A stretch of DNA of 64,000 nt from Candidatus Omnitrophota bacterium (GCA_041662125.1 JBAZTA010000004.1:343-64342); one strand, 5' to 3'; positions 16,389 through 26,341 are shown, numbered from the stretch's first letter. Notes: generated by a model from the sequence alone, not told the origin. Numbers and translations: made by a program.

Positions 16389-17033
16389 TTAATCCCTGAT
16401 AGTCAACAATCTTCCAACCCACGCCTTTACTGCGTTGGCATCATCTGCTTCAGGCGCGCATTTGAGATACTTCTGATAATACTCAACCGCCTTTTTATTA
16501 TCTTTCAATTGTTCTTCATAGATAACACCCAGGTTATAGCAGGCATCAGCCTGATTCTGATTCAATGCCAGCGATTTCAAAAACATTTTTACTGCCTGGT
16601 TGAATTGCTTGGTTTTCAAATACTCGATCGCCAGGTTATAATATAAATCACTGCTCTGCGGCTCGATCTCAATGGCGCGCAGATAGAGCGGGATAGCGTC
16701 TTTTGATTGCTCTTTCTGGGACAAAAGCCATGCCCTGCGGGCTGAGGACACAGTAGGTTCATCGGCTGCCGGTGAGGCTTGCGCCGGCGGCGCTGTGCGG
16801 GGAGGTATTCCCCCCAGGAGATCCTGCGCTTTTTTTAATTCTTCGTCAGCAAGGGCATAATTTCCTTCCTGCATATATTTTTCCCCCGCAGAATAATACT
16901 CTTTTGCTTTCTTGATCTTATCAGTGGGAGAAAAAGAAGCCGCCTGGTATTCCTGGGCAGCGGCAAACACAGAAACGAACAAAACCCCTATCAGCATTCC
17001 CAGCGGAACTATACACGCGCGATCTTTTTTCAC
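16389..17033 (-). CDS. TPR-repeat protein with signal peptide, PilF/PilW-like secretin pilotin candidate
   Basis: Signal peptide followed by TPR repeats (AQEYQ...YYNLAIEYLKTKQFNQAVKMF...YNLGVIYEEQ). Sits between pilQ and pilB. Confidence 0.6.
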   Translation of the reverse strand: MKKDRACIVPLGMLIGVLFVSVFAAAQEYQAASFSPTDKIKKAKEYYSAGEKYMQEGNYALADEELKKAQDLLGGIPPRTAPPAQASPAADEPTVSSARRAWLLSQKEQSKDAIPLYLRAIEIEPQSSDLYYNLAIEYLKTKQFNQAVKMFLKSLALNQNQADACYNLGVIYEEQLKDNKKAVEYYQKYLKCAPEADDANAVKAWVGRLLTIRD

Positions 17034-17036
17034 CTG

Positions 17037-18377
17037 CTATTCTCCACGATTTTTAGGCAGCAATTCAACATCGACTTTCTTTCCTGCAGCCGCTGCCGGA
17101 TCCGCAGTATCAGAAGAAAAAGATGGATCAGCCAGTTTGAACATAGCGCTGACCTGCTGGAATTTATTTTGTAATTCGTTTAATTTCGCCTTAGTCTGGT
17201 TTAAATCATTGGCCAGGGTTTCCCGCTCTATTTGGACAGAAACATTCTGTTCCCGCAGCAGCGTGGATTCTTTTTTCATCTCTTTATATTTTGAGTAGAC
17301 CTCAAATGTCTTGGCGTCTGCTTCTTCCAGCCGCTGCTTTATAAAAGCCATCTCTTCTTTGCGGCGAGACAGCTCAGCCTCATTCTGCTTCATGGCTAAC
17401 TGTTCAGTCGCATGTACATCACTCAGATCGGAATAATCTTTGCGCAATTTCTCCAGCTGCGACTTAAACGAATTCATCTCTTTTACCAGGTCTTGATTTT
17501 TCTTATTCAAAAGCGCTAAACTCATCTTTTGTTTCTCGGTACGCTGCGCATACTCCTGTTTTTCCTGTATCAGCTTTGCCTCTCGAGCTTGAGCATCTTT
17601 TAATTCCCTGTCCAGCTTTTCCATAACCGGTTTTAAATCAGGCCCGCCGAGGGAAAGTTCTTGTAATGTTTTCTCCAAATCAAGCGCCTTCTGCGCTAAC
17701 AATGCTTTTTCATTTGCCACGCTGAGCAGCTGCCCTGAAACAGAATTCAAGCTGCTCTGTAACGCTTCTTTCTGGGACTGCGCTTCTGCGAACTGTTTCT
17801 TAAACGCCTGCAATTCTTCTTCCTTGTGCGCCAGGCTTTCACGTAACCGCTCTGTTTGTTCTTTATATATTGCTACCTGGTTCAACAACGAAGGGATCTG
17901 CGAATTAACCGAATCAAGTTCTTTCCCTAAATTTTCTAATTGAGCGATAAATTCATTCCCCTTATCCGGCTGGAGTTTCAACTCCGTCAAAATACGCTCT
18001 AATTGAGAAATCTTTTCTTTTACCGGTAGCGAAATATCAGCGCTGCCTTTGAGCTTCGCCAATTCTTTCTCCAGGCCCTCCTTTTGCTGAACTGCATCTT
18101 TCAACTGTCCCTGCAGGTCAATGACCTTTGATTTTACATCGAGAGCCTTTGCTTTTTCTTCGTTAAACGACTGATGCAGGGTAAGATTAAACTTACCGAA
18201 GCCATTGACCACTTCCCGTAATTGCCGCACCTGAGATTCCAGCATTGAAACGGAAATCCCGTCCTTATCCACGCCGCTTGCCGGCCGGGCTTTTTTAGAA
18301 AGCTTGACCGCTTGGAAAAGCACAAAAGAAAGCAGCATGACTACGATAAAAAGGATGAAGAGTTTTTTATCCGTCAT
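17037..18377 (-). CDS. Membrane-anchored long coiled-coil protein (446 aa), unknown T4P accessory
   Basis: N-terminal TM (LFILFIVVMLLSFVLF). The remainder is heptad-rich, Q/E/K/L-rich coiled coil. Confidence 0.5.
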   Translation of the reverse strand: MTDKKLFILFIVVMLLSFVLFQAVKLSKKARPASGVDKDGISVSMLESQVRQLREVVNGFGKFNLTLHQSFNEEKAKALDVKSKVIDLQGQLKDAVQQKEGLEKELAKLKGSADISLPVKEKISQLERILTELKLQPDKGNEFIAQLENLGKELDSVNSQIPSLLNQVAIYKEQTERLRESLAHKEEELQAFKKQFAEAQSQKEALQSSLNSVSGQLLSVANEKALLAQKALDLEKTLQELSLGGPDLKPVMEKLDRELKDAQAREAKLIQEKQEYAQRTEKQKMSLALLNKKNQDLVKEMNSFKSQLEKLRKDYSDLSDVHATEQLAMKQNEAELSRRKEEMAFIKQRLEEADAKTFEVYSKYKEMKKESTLLREQNVSVQIERETLANDLNQTKAKLNELQNKFQQVSAMFKLADPSFSSDTADPAAAAGKKVDVELLPKNRGE

Positions 18378-19789
18378 TTAACCTCTCTCATTTTAAGCTT
18401 CACCGGCCGGGGCAACTCAGTAACCATATTGCTCTCGCTGGCGATCAACGGTAAATCATTGTCTTTAATAATATGCGCAGTAACAAATATCAACAAGTCA
18501 GTCTTCTCAGTCGGGTTTTCAGTCGAACCGACTTCTTTCCGCTTAAAGAGAGCCCCCAAGAAAGGGATGTCTCCCAAGAAAGGGATTTTTTTCTCAGTCG
18601 TCGCTGCTTCATCCTTTACCATTCCGCCGATGACAACCGTTTGGCCGTCTCTAATCTGGACTTCTGTCTGCGCGGAGCGCGAAGATGTGATCGGGCCTTC
18701 TTTTACCCCATCGCGCTCAGAGGCGTATCCAACGAGGCTGCTCACTTCAGGTTTGAGCTTTAATTTAATATGCCCGTCAGGGCTGACCTGAGGGGTCACA
18801 TCCAGTTTAACCCCGACATTATAATTGGTCCAACCGGTGATCTCTAAATTCCCGGTAGTATCATTACGCTCATACGTCGGCAATGACAACACCTTCCCGA
18901 CATTGATCACGGCATTCTGATTATTGATGGTGACAATACGGGGGTTCGCGACAAGTCTCGTTTTATTGCGTGATTTCAAGAAATCAAGGATGGCCTGGAA
19001 AGCGGAAAAATCAAGGGTCCCAAAGGTAAAATCGCCCAAAACGGTATAGGGGAACCCCGTAGGATTAGCCGCATTAAAAGCAGCATCCGTTGCAGCTGCA
19101 CTAGGCAAATAATTTTGTACGAGCTCATTGCCGCCTTTGGGGCTGAAAGGAAACGTTATTGCCCGTTTTGCGCCGGTAGCCTTAATGGTCGTCGTCCAAT
19201 CGATCCCTAATTTATCGTTGACCGTAAGCGATGTCTCGATCATCTTGGCTTCGATCAAAACCTGAGAAGTCAATTCATCGAGGGATGGGACCATAGCTTC
19301 GATCTTATTAATTACGGAGAGCGAATCAGTAACAATGATCGAATTGGAACGGCTGTCGGCTTCGATTGAGCCGTCTGAAGAAAGAACTTTGGCGAGAGTA
19401 ACCTTGAGGATGGCGGCATCGGCATTATTGAGTTTAAAAAGTTTTGTCTGATTACCCTGTTTGACAACTTCATCCTGTGTCGTCACTTTATAGACATTAT
19501 CTTTCTTGGAGTAAGCAAAGCCATTAACGGTAACAATGGAATCCAGCGCTTGCTCAATACTGACATTGTTCAATTGCACGGTAACCAGTCCCTTGACCGT
19601 TTCCGAGAAAATAATATTCAGGTTATATTGTTTAGCCAGCTGGCGCAAAACATCCTTAATATCAACCTCGCGGAATTCCAGCGTTTCAATCATCTGCTGT
19701 TCTTGAGCAGCAAGGAAGCCGGCCCAAGACAAAAACAGCCCCAACAAGATAACAACACATAATTTCAGCCTGACCCGATTCTTACTCAT
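18374..19789 (-). CDS. pilQ: Type IV pilus secretin PilQ (N0 + N1 + secretin domain in one polypeptide)
   Basis: Signal peptide. N0 block VDIKDVLRQLAKQYNLNIIFSETVKGLVTVQL. N1 block SNSIIVTDSLSVINKIEAMVPSLDELTSQVLIEAKMIE. Secretin signature IPFLGDIPFLGALFKRK...DLLIFVTAHII. Confidence 0.9.
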   Translation of the reverse strand: MSKNRVRLKLCVVILLGLFLSWAGFLAAQEQQMIETLEFREVDIKDVLRQLAKQYNLNIIFSETVKGLVTVQLNNVSIEQALDSIVTVNGFAYSKKDNVYKVTTQDEVVKQGNQTKLFKLNNADAAILKVTLAKVLSSDGSIEADSRSNSIIVTDSLSVINKIEAMVPSLDELTSQVLIEAKMIETSLTVNDKLGIDWTTTIKATGAKRAITFPFSPKGGNELVQNYLPSAAATDAAFNAANPTGFPYTVLGDFTFGTLDFSAFQAILDFLKSRNKTRLVANPRIVTINNQNAVINVGKVLSLPTYERNDTTGNLEITGWTNYNVGVKLDVTPQVSPDGHIKLKLKPEVSSLVGYASERDGVKEGPITSSRSAQTEVQIRDGQTVVIGGMVKDEAATTEKKIPFLGDIPFLGALFKRKEVGSTENPTEKTDLLIFVTAHIIKDNDLPLIASESNMVTELPRPVKLKMREVK

Positions 19790-19884
19790 TATGAATGCCT
19801 CTTGGATAACACCTGATTTTTTCCTGATAAAAAATTATACCACACTCCCAGCAATAGTTTGACTATTTTTATACACGCCAAAGC

Positions 19885-20355
19885 TCATTGGTTTTGTTCC
19901 CCGGGAAACGTCAAATAAAAACTCTGGCTTTCTTTTTTAAGCAACACCTTTGCTTTCTGAACTTCAACGACTTCATAACCGCCTACCGCGTCGCCTTGCT
20001 TCACGATCTCATTATTAATAAAAGCGTAACCTGCCCTGCCTTTTCCGAAAGAGATGCCCTGGAGTTTAAGTTCATCCATTTTAAATTCTTTATCAAACAG
20101 GGCAATAAAAGGGTCGCGTCCCCAGCTAAGCTTGCCTCGCTCCAGCTGCTGGATACGCATAGTATCGCCGGCAGCCGGCGTTGCGGCAGACATCGATGGA
20201 GACAATACTGCCACCGGAGGGGCCAGCGACACGGTTGTTTGCGTCTCGGGGATCGGCGCTTTAGAAGGCTTCTTCTTTAAATTCCCCAACGTAACAAAGG
20301 CTAAAACGACGATAAGACAACCTGTTAAGATAAATTGTTTTATTTGTTTAGACAT
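19885..20355 (-). CDS. pilP: PilP-like pilus assembly protein
   Basis: N-terminal TM/lipoprotein-like segment. C-terminal beta-domain LQGISFGKGRAGYAFINNEIVKQGDAVGGYEVVEVQKAKVLL is typical of PilP and the GspC HR domain. Confidence 0.65.
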   Translation of the reverse strand: MSKQIKQFILTGCLIVVLAFVTLGNLKKKPSKAPIPETQTTVSLAPPVAVLSPSMSAATPAAGDTMRIQQLERGKLSWGRDPFIALFDKEFKMDELKLQGISFGKGRAGYAFINNEIVKQGDAVGGYEVVEVQKAKVLLKKESQSFYLTFPGEQNQ

Positions 20356-20375
20356 ACGTATTTAAAGATTAACCG

Positions 20376-20993
20376 CTATATTTCTAAAACCATGTACGTG
20401 CTCAAAAGCAGCGTTGCCACCAGGTCCCGAGTCTTTGCCGGCTCTTTTTCTTTTAACGCAGTCTGCACAACAACAGAAATATCCTTAACTGCCTTTTTAT
20501 CAATGGTTATCGACTCCACGATAAAAGCTACCTGCAATTTCCCGAGATTCGCTAAATATTCCCCCAATTCCTGGTAAGAACAATTGAGCACTACCTCAAT
20601 ATACACTTTATTGACACCGGGAGGAAGGTTTTCACTCGATGACCGTATATCATCGCGCGGCCGTATCGAAGATACCGACATATTATACTGGCTTATCGAG
20701 TAACCTAACAACGTGACCAGCCGCGGGACCTGTTTTTTATTAATTTCAGCGTCTTTAAATTCCTCCGCCTTCTTAGCAATATCTTCCATGGCTTTTTTGG
20801 GGTCAGGCAGCGCGCGGATAAGCGCCTCTGATTCCTGAAGCTTAAACTGTTGTTCGCTGAATTCAGTTTTAAGCTTATTCGCCGCCTTTGCCAATGCCCC
20901 CCCTAAAAATATCTGGATAAGGGCCAAAATAACGGCAGAAACAATAAAAATAAGCGCTATATCCTTAAGAGTGTTCCCGATTTTCTTCGCCAT
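20376..20993 (-). CDS. pilO: PilO-like bitopic inner-membrane protein
   Basis: N-terminal TM (IALIFIVSAVILALIQIFLGG), then a coiled coil, then a C-terminal ferredoxin-like region. Lies between pilMN and pilP. Confidence 0.6.
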   Translation of the reverse strand: MAKKIGNTLKDIALIFIVSAVILALIQIFLGGALAKAANKLKTEFSEQQFKLQESEALIRALPDPKKAMEDIAKKAEEFKDAEINKKQVPRLVTLLGYSISQYNMSVSSIRPRDDIRSSSENLPPGVNKVYIEVVLNCSYQELGEYLANLGKLQVAFIVESITIDKKAVKDISVVVQTALKEKEPAKTRDLVATLLLSTYMVLEI

Positions 20994-21004
20994 GATACTT
21001 TTTG

Positions 21005-22798
21005 CTAATATTCCAATTTACAGGTTATTTCGAACGTTGCCGCAGGGATTGAAGAATATTTATCCGGCTCGCTGGCAACTAAAACAACATCCTTAAAAAA
21101 AGGTGATTCCTCCAGCACCATCTGATACTGCGATAATGCCAGATCCACGATAGTATACTGAGAAACGATCCTGCCGCGCAAACGTATTTCTTTCGGTTCT
21201 TTTGCCGCTTCGGTACTGACCATCGAGAGCACGACATTCTTCGGCGTAATATTGCTAAGCTCTTTAAAAACCCCCCACCAAAGGGGCTGTTTTCCTATGG
21301 CTTTTTCCAAAAGGTCTTTGCGCTGATCTAAGCGTGTTTTCATATCTAAATACCCTCTTACCTGAGCAACCGTCGGTTCCAGGCGCAAAATTTCCTCCTG
21401 GGTCGCCTGAATAAGGCTTTTATACCTGACGTTATTAAGGTAGCTAAACCCGTGCATTACTAAAAATAAAAGCAAGGTTACCGGGAAGAAGAGTCTAAGC
21501 AACAACCGTAAAAAGAGTGTTTTTTGCTCTAACTTTTCAGTATTCGGCAAAAGATTTATTTTCCCGCCGCTGCCTAAACAAAGGCCAAAGGCTACCGCCA
21601 AATGTGGCGCAGCCTGTTCCATTACAAAATCCTGTTTTAAAACTCCTTTTTCGGTCCACCCCTTGATCGTCTTAAGCACATTAAGCCGTTCCACCTTCTT
21701 TAACCGTTCAAGATTATACAAAAAAAACTTATCAAGATTCTTCAAACGGGAGCTGCCGCCGGTAATATACAACTCCTCGATATTTTCGGCTTTAAACGTC
21801 TTGGCGTAATAACTGACGGTACGAGTGATCTCCATGATCAGCCGCTCCAGGGTCGGCCGAAACATCGTCGATATCTGTTCGCCCAGTAAAGCCCCGTAAT
21901 CCGTCAAGAACTCAGTCCGGGACTCGTCTTCCAGAGGAATACCGCAATTACGCTTGATCTTCTCGGCGTCATCAAAGCTTAATTCAATGGTCTGGCTCCC
22001 GGAATCTATTGGTTTTGCCATTGCCCGGGTCAAGTGGTCGCCGCCGACAGGGATATCGCGCATAAATACCAGGTCCCTGCCTTTATAAAAATTGAGCGTT
22101 GTATTATTAGCGCCCACATCAAGCAGCATAACGGTCTTATTCGCGGGTGCCTCGACACAAAAAGACACCAGGTTACCGAGCGCGTCAGGGATAATATTGA
22201 TCGCCACCGGACGGATATTGATATCTTTGAGGAACTGCATCTGCTCATCGAGAGCCAAGCGGTCAACCGCAATACAGGTTACCTGCAGGTTCGGCCCCTT
22301 ATCGTCCTGCCCGCGGCCGGTAATAAAAAAATCAAAAGACACGTTGTTGATATCGACCTGAAAAGGCATCCGTTTCTTCAATTCCAGGCCGATCAACCCG
22401 CGTAAATCTTTTTTATTGATCACCGGGACGCTCAGAGAAAAGACAAATATCCCTTTCCCGGAAATGGCAAGGCGGGCAAAGCGTGTTTTAATGGGGCTCT
22501 CAGCGATAAATTTCTTAATAATATCCTGAATGAGTTTTTTCTTGGCAAGAGCATCTTCCCTGATATCCAAAGGGATGCTGCGGATAACACAATCTGTTAT
22601 CAGGTATCCTTTGCTTATCTTCTGCAGCTGCAAAACCTTGATATGGCTTGAGCCAATGTCAATCCCGATAACATGCTGCCCGGAAGCAATAAAATTCTGG
22701 AAAGACGCAGCAAACACAGTCCAGAAATCATGAGATGACGATTTCGGCTTTGCCGGTTTCACAGCGCCCTGATTTCCCTTCGGTTTCTGATCGCTCAT
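21005..22798 (-). CDS. pilMN: Fused PilM (actin-like ATPase fold) - PilN protein
   Basis: N-terminal PilM block (VIGIDIGSSHIKVLQL...LDVGANNTTL...ITGGSS). After residue ~400, a TM helix (LFLRLLLRLFFPVTLLLFLVM) and a PilN-like periplasmic domain. Confidence 0.75.
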   Translation of the reverse strand: MSDQKPKGNQGAVKPAKPKSSSHDFWTVFAASFQNFIASGQHVIGIDIGSSHIKVLQLQKISKGYLITDCVIRSIPLDIREDALAKKKLIQDIIKKFIAESPIKTRFARLAISGKGIFVFSLSVPVINKKDLRGLIGLELKKRMPFQVDINNVSFDFFITGRGQDDKGPNLQVTCIAVDRLALDEQMQFLKDINIRPVAINIIPDALGNLVSFCVEAPANKTVMLLDVGANNTTLNFYKGRDLVFMRDIPVGGDHLTRAMAKPIDSGSQTIELSFDDAEKIKRNCGIPLEDESRTEFLTDYGALLGEQISTMFRPTLERLIMEITRTVSYYAKTFKAENIEELYITGGSSRLKNLDKFFLYNLERLKKVERLNVLKTIKGWTEKGVLKQDFVMEQAAPHLAVAFGLCLGSGGKINLLPNTEKLEQKTLFLRLLLRLFFPVTLLLFLVMHGFSYLNNVRYKSLIQATQEEILRLEPTVAQVRGYLDMKTRLDQRKDLLEKAIGKQPLWWGVFKELSNITPKNVVLSMVSTEAAKEPKEIRLRGRIVSQYTIVDLALSQYQMVLEESPFFKDVVLVASEPDKYSSIPAATFEITCKLEY

Positions 22799-23055
22799 CT
22801 TCTGGTAGCCCTCACCTTTACAATCTCTAACTCTTTAAGTATCTTTTCCTGATTACTGACTACCACCGCTAATTGAACAAGGATTTTTTTGTCAGCCTCG
22901 CTCGTATTTGCTAATACCTGATCTAGTTTTGCTTCCATCTTGGCAAGTTCATCGCCGCCTGCCGGCTCAACGGGACGCTGGGCGCGTAAAGTTGCATGTA
23001 CACAAAAACAAACCAGAGCTATTATCCCTATACCTACAGCTATTTTCTTTCCCAT
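22795..23055 (-). CDS. Small secreted or bitopic protein (86 aa), unknown
   Basis: N-terminal hydrophobic segment (IAVGIGIIALVCFCVHA). Translationally coupled between the PilX-like gene and pilMN. Confidence 0.4.
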   Translation of the reverse strand: MGKKIAVGIGIIALVCFCVHATLRAQRPVEPAGGDELAKMEAKLDQVLANTSEADKKILVQLAVVVSNQEKILKELEIVKVRATRR

Positions 23056-23067
23056 ACCAACACCTCC

Positions 23068-24573
23068 CTACTGTTCCTGCCAGGTAATAGAATCAAAGGC
23101 TCCGATAAAACCGTTATCTTTGACAAACCTGGTCGAATACCGTATCCTCACCCGCCCGTCTAAATAAACATCATTGCCCATCACAGACCTTCCATCAATA
23201 TAGTTAAGGTATATCGTGCCGTTCTGCGTATAAATAAGCCCGTCGAAATTCCGGGCATCTCTCCTTTGTGTCTCATTATTGTCTGACGGAGTTTCATAAG
23301 AAAGTATATTTCCATATTGTGTTGCCAGGTTCGGATAGGTCAGGCGAATAACCCTGCGGGAACGCCTCCCGCGGGGAACCCTTTGGCGCGAAGCGACCAT
23401 AGAGATTGCATCTTCCCCTTTAATAACAATATCTCTTTCCGCGACGAGGCTGGTGCCGTTAAAGGTGAGATTATCGTCTCTTACATCAAGAAGTAAATCT
23501 CCCGTGACATACCAGAGATTTTCATTGTCATAATCATGGTTGGGATTACTATGGTTTGAGTCATAGTAAAACCGCCTGGTTAAAGCCACATCTTCGTTGG
23601 CCAGCCAACGGTCAGCAGGCCGGGAATTAAAGTTAATGCTTGCGTCAAATTCCAAGGTAACTGTATTATTACTGATCCGGTTTACAATTACTCCCCAGTT
23701 TCTATAGCCCCATTTATTGGCAAGAATAAGATCTTCCCGCTTATTACGCAGCACCACCTCCTGAGTCCACGATGAACCTGACGGCCCGGGAGGGGGAGTA
23801 GTAAAAACATCGCTCTTTAACCGCACCTGCAACTGCCGGGCAGAAACCACGCTCACGCTATCAATAACCGCATCTAACTGCAAAGCGGTAGGAGCCCAGA
23901 CGCGGCTGCCCGCCTGGTCGCGAAAATACTGCATATCAATCCCCTGGTAACCGGTATCTGTGGGCACCCTATCCCGCAAACCGCTTGAAACATCCGGGAC
24001 ATTCAAATCGGCGGTTTCATTATGGGTAGAATTATTGTTTCCTTCATAGCCGTCTGTCGTATCAGCCGGACGGTCTACAACAACAATATCCCCGTCTATA
24101 GAAGAGTTGTTATGCCAATCTGACCAGTCAAAAAGATGTTTGATCGCACTTGCTTCATTGATTGTTCCCGCGGAAACGCTTAATTTCAATTGCCGCATTG
24201 CCAAGTATGAAGTTTCAGTGGGGACATAGCCTCTGACTTCTATGATCGCATCGCCTGCTTCCCCTGTTTGCGGGTTGCGGCAGCAGACGGTATACTCACC
24301 GGGGCTCAAAAAATATTTCGGCCGCTCACCCGTATCATTACAGTCACGGTCATTATTAAGGTCGGTCCGCCAGGTTGCATCATTCATATAGCGCACCAGC
24401 GCCCATTGGCCGCCTGACTCTGCGAGATTCAGCGCGCGTTCAGATTCCAATAAACGGGATGAAGCGTCAAAATCAGTCGAGATCATCGATGACAAAGACC
24501 ACCCCAGGAGCGCAAACATAAGCATGGCAAAAATTACAATGACCAAACTCATCCCTTTTTTATTCACCGACAT
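23068..24573 (-). CDS. Large PilX-N-domain minor pilin / putative tip protein (501 aa)
   Basis: N-terminus KKGMSLVIVIFAMLMFALLGWSLSS...ALNLAESGGQWAL matches the PilX_N pattern. A large beta-rich C-terminal region follows. Confidence 0.6.
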   Translation of the reverse strand: MSVNKKGMSLVIVIFAMLMFALLGWSLSSMISTDFDASSRLLESERALNLAESGGQWALVRYMNDATWRTDLNNDRDCNDTGERPKYFLSPGEYTVCCRNPQTGEAGDAIIEVRGYVPTETSYLAMRQLKLSVSAGTINEASAIKHLFDWSDWHNNSSIDGDIVVVDRPADTTDGYEGNNNSTHNETADLNVPDVSSGLRDRVPTDTGYQGIDMQYFRDQAGSRVWAPTALQLDAVIDSVSVVSARQLQVRLKSDVFTTPPPGPSGSSWTQEVVLRNKREDLILANKWGYRNWGVIVNRISNNTVTLEFDASINFNSRPADRWLANEDVALTRRFYYDSNHSNPNHDYDNENLWYVTGDLLLDVRDDNLTFNGTSLVAERDIVIKGEDAISMVASRQRVPRGRRSRRVIRLTYPNLATQYGNILSYETPSDNNETQRRDARNFDGLIYTQNGTIYLNYIDGRSVMGNDVYLDGRVRIRYSTRFVKDNGFIGAFDSITWQEQ

Positions 24574-24608
24574 CTTTGCCTCTTTTGTAAAAAGAAATAT
24601 TTCCTATC

Positions 24609-25148
24609 CTAAAGGTTTCTAAAAAATATCTGCGCTGTCACGGTCTTATCTAAAGTCCTATCGGAACCACTTGAAACAAAAACCATGGCGATCTTGATAC
24701 GATAAATATCAGACTCTTGCGGATTAAGCAAGGGCGAAGCAATCGGCGCATTATTTGCGTTATAGTAGGTAAACGTCACCGCGCTGAGGCCGCTTACCAA
24801 AACATTCTCGATAGTATTGCTGCCCCGGATCAAAGCATTACCTGAAAATCGATAACGGATCATCGTATCGCTGACATCCATAAAGCGGAATTCCGACGAG
24901 CCTGCCGTATAAACCGATAAGGCATCTTTGATCTGCCGCATCTCCCGGGACATACGCATCAATGCCATCCGCCCCTGGCTGACCGATTCACTGCGAAAAG
25001 AAATAAAGCGCCATAAATCAATTACTCCTTTGACATATAGCGATGAAGTTGCAGTTAAAACACCGACGATCACCATGACCGTTACCAACTCTATCAACGT
25101 GACTGCTTTTTTACGCTGCACACAGACAGATATATCACGGGTAATCAT
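24609..25148 (-). CDS. Pseudopilin / minor pilin
   Basis: Prepilin-type N-terminus QRKKAVTLIELVTVMVIVGVLTA. Confidence 0.65.
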   Translation of the reverse strand: MITRDISVCVQRKKAVTLIELVTVMVIVGVLTATSSLYVKGVIDLWRFISFRSESVSQGRMALMRMSREMRQIKDALSVYTAGSSEFRFMDVSDTMIRYRFSGNALIRGSNTIENVLVSGLSAVTFTYYNANNAPIASPLLNPQESDIYRIKIAMVFVSSGSDRTLDKTVTAQIFFRNL

Positions 25149-25163
25149 TACGTGCTATCCCCT

Positions 25164-25706
25164 CTAATAAGCGCCGACAATAGTTGTTAAACTTATATCG
25201 CTTGCTAAATTATTGCTCCGGGAAACGTTCACCTGAATACGTTTATAACAGCACTGAGAGCAACTATTGCAATCCGTCTGCTCTACACACGAAGAAACCG
25301 CACCACAAGCTCCCCAGGCATTCCCGCTCAAATTCACATAATCGATCGCGATTGTGCGCGTGTACCCCAAAGCAGGTGTGGTAACCAAAGAGTCAGTGCA
25401 CCCGACAAAATCATCAACATCATTAAAAGTATCTTTATCATTCCTGTTTTCCCCGCTCTCCGCGCCAAAAGAAGCGCTGGGAGTCCAGGGAGAAGTATCA
25501 TTATTATCAAAGCTTTTTGACTTGACCTCTTCCATTAATTGCTGCGCGTAAAACGCCGCGTCCGCTAAAGATTCTGAACGGACTGACCGCCACGAAACAT
25601 CAGACCACATCGTCATTAATACCGGCACGCTAAAACCCAAGACCACGATTATGACGATCAACTCAATTAACGACATACCCTTATTATTCATTGCACCCTC
25701 ACCCAT
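25164..25706 (-). CDS. Pseudopilin / minor pilin (GspI/PilV-like)
   Basis: MNNKG|MSLIELIVIIVVLGFSVPVL: leader ending in G, Glu at +5. Confidence 0.7.
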   Translation of the reverse strand: MGEGAMNNKGMSLIELIVIIVVLGFSVPVLMTMWSDVSWRSVRSESLADAAFYAQQLMEEVKSKSFDNNDTSPWTPSASFGAESGENRNDKDTFNDVDDFVGCTDSLVTTPALGYTRTIAIDYVNLSGNAWGACGAVSSCVEQTDCNSCSQCCYKRIQVNVSRSNNLASDISLTTIVGAY

Positions 25707-26341
25707 CCGGTATTTGGCGAAACATAAACGCTCAAATCCTCGTTACGGCAGCTAAACCTGACCTGTCCGTCGGCAGCTAACGGATTGCCCGTGGCGTCTT
25801 GAGGGACACCCTGCCAATCAAAACAGAGGATATTAGAACTCCCAAAACTTGCCGTTGTAATGCTTATTCCTTTAAACTGCGGGTCATTGACAAAATCAAC
25901 CCTGAAATTATTACGGCCAAAAGGAGACAGGGCGAAACTATTATCTAATTTCTGGACATCATATCGATTCGTCGGATTATTATAGAATGTTATCTTGTAA
26001 GTCTGGTGGCGGGAAACAGCAAGCTGCTGCACATAGCGGATATCTGAAACTGTTTTTTGTACTGCGCTGGCGAGTTTCATGGAATAAAAACTATCAATGC
26101 GGGGAATTGCAAGGCCCACCATGATCCCGATAATAGCCATCACCATGATCAGCTCAACCAGGCTCATACCCCGGCCCAAGATCTGTTCCATCTTGCGAAG
26201 GTCATCTTCCGAATATTCCCGCCACTGATTGATACGATTTCTCCGCGGTGTTGGAAAAATTCCTTTCTTTTCATAGCGAACCAGAGTTTGCTTAGAGAGC
26301 CTTAATTTCTCCGCAATCTCTGAAGCGCGAAAAATGCGCAT
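25688..26341 (-). CDS. Excisionase-type HTH domain fused in-frame to a prepilin leader + GspH/FimT-like pseudopilin
   Basis: Residues 1-50: EIAEKLRLSKQTLVRYEKKGIFPTPRRNRINQWREYSEDDL (HTH, paralog of 10315-10506). Residues 51-58: MEQILGRG, a leader-like segment ending in G. Then MSLVELIMVMAIIGIMVGLAIP, the mature pseudopilin N-terminus with Glu at +5. No stop codon between the two modules. AGGAG RBS 7 nt upstream of ATG 26341. Confidence 0.7.
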   Translation of the reverse strand: MRIFRASEIAEKLRLSKQTLVRYEKKGIFPTPRRNRINQWREYSEDDLRKMEQILGRGMSLVELIMVMAIIGIMVGLAIPRIDSFYSMKLASAVQKTVSDIRYVQQLAVSRHQTYKITFYNNPTNRYDVQKLDNSFALSPFGRNNFRVDFVNDPQFKGISITTASFGSSNILCFDWQGVPQDATGNPLAADGQVRFSCRNEDLSVYVSPNTGWVRVQ

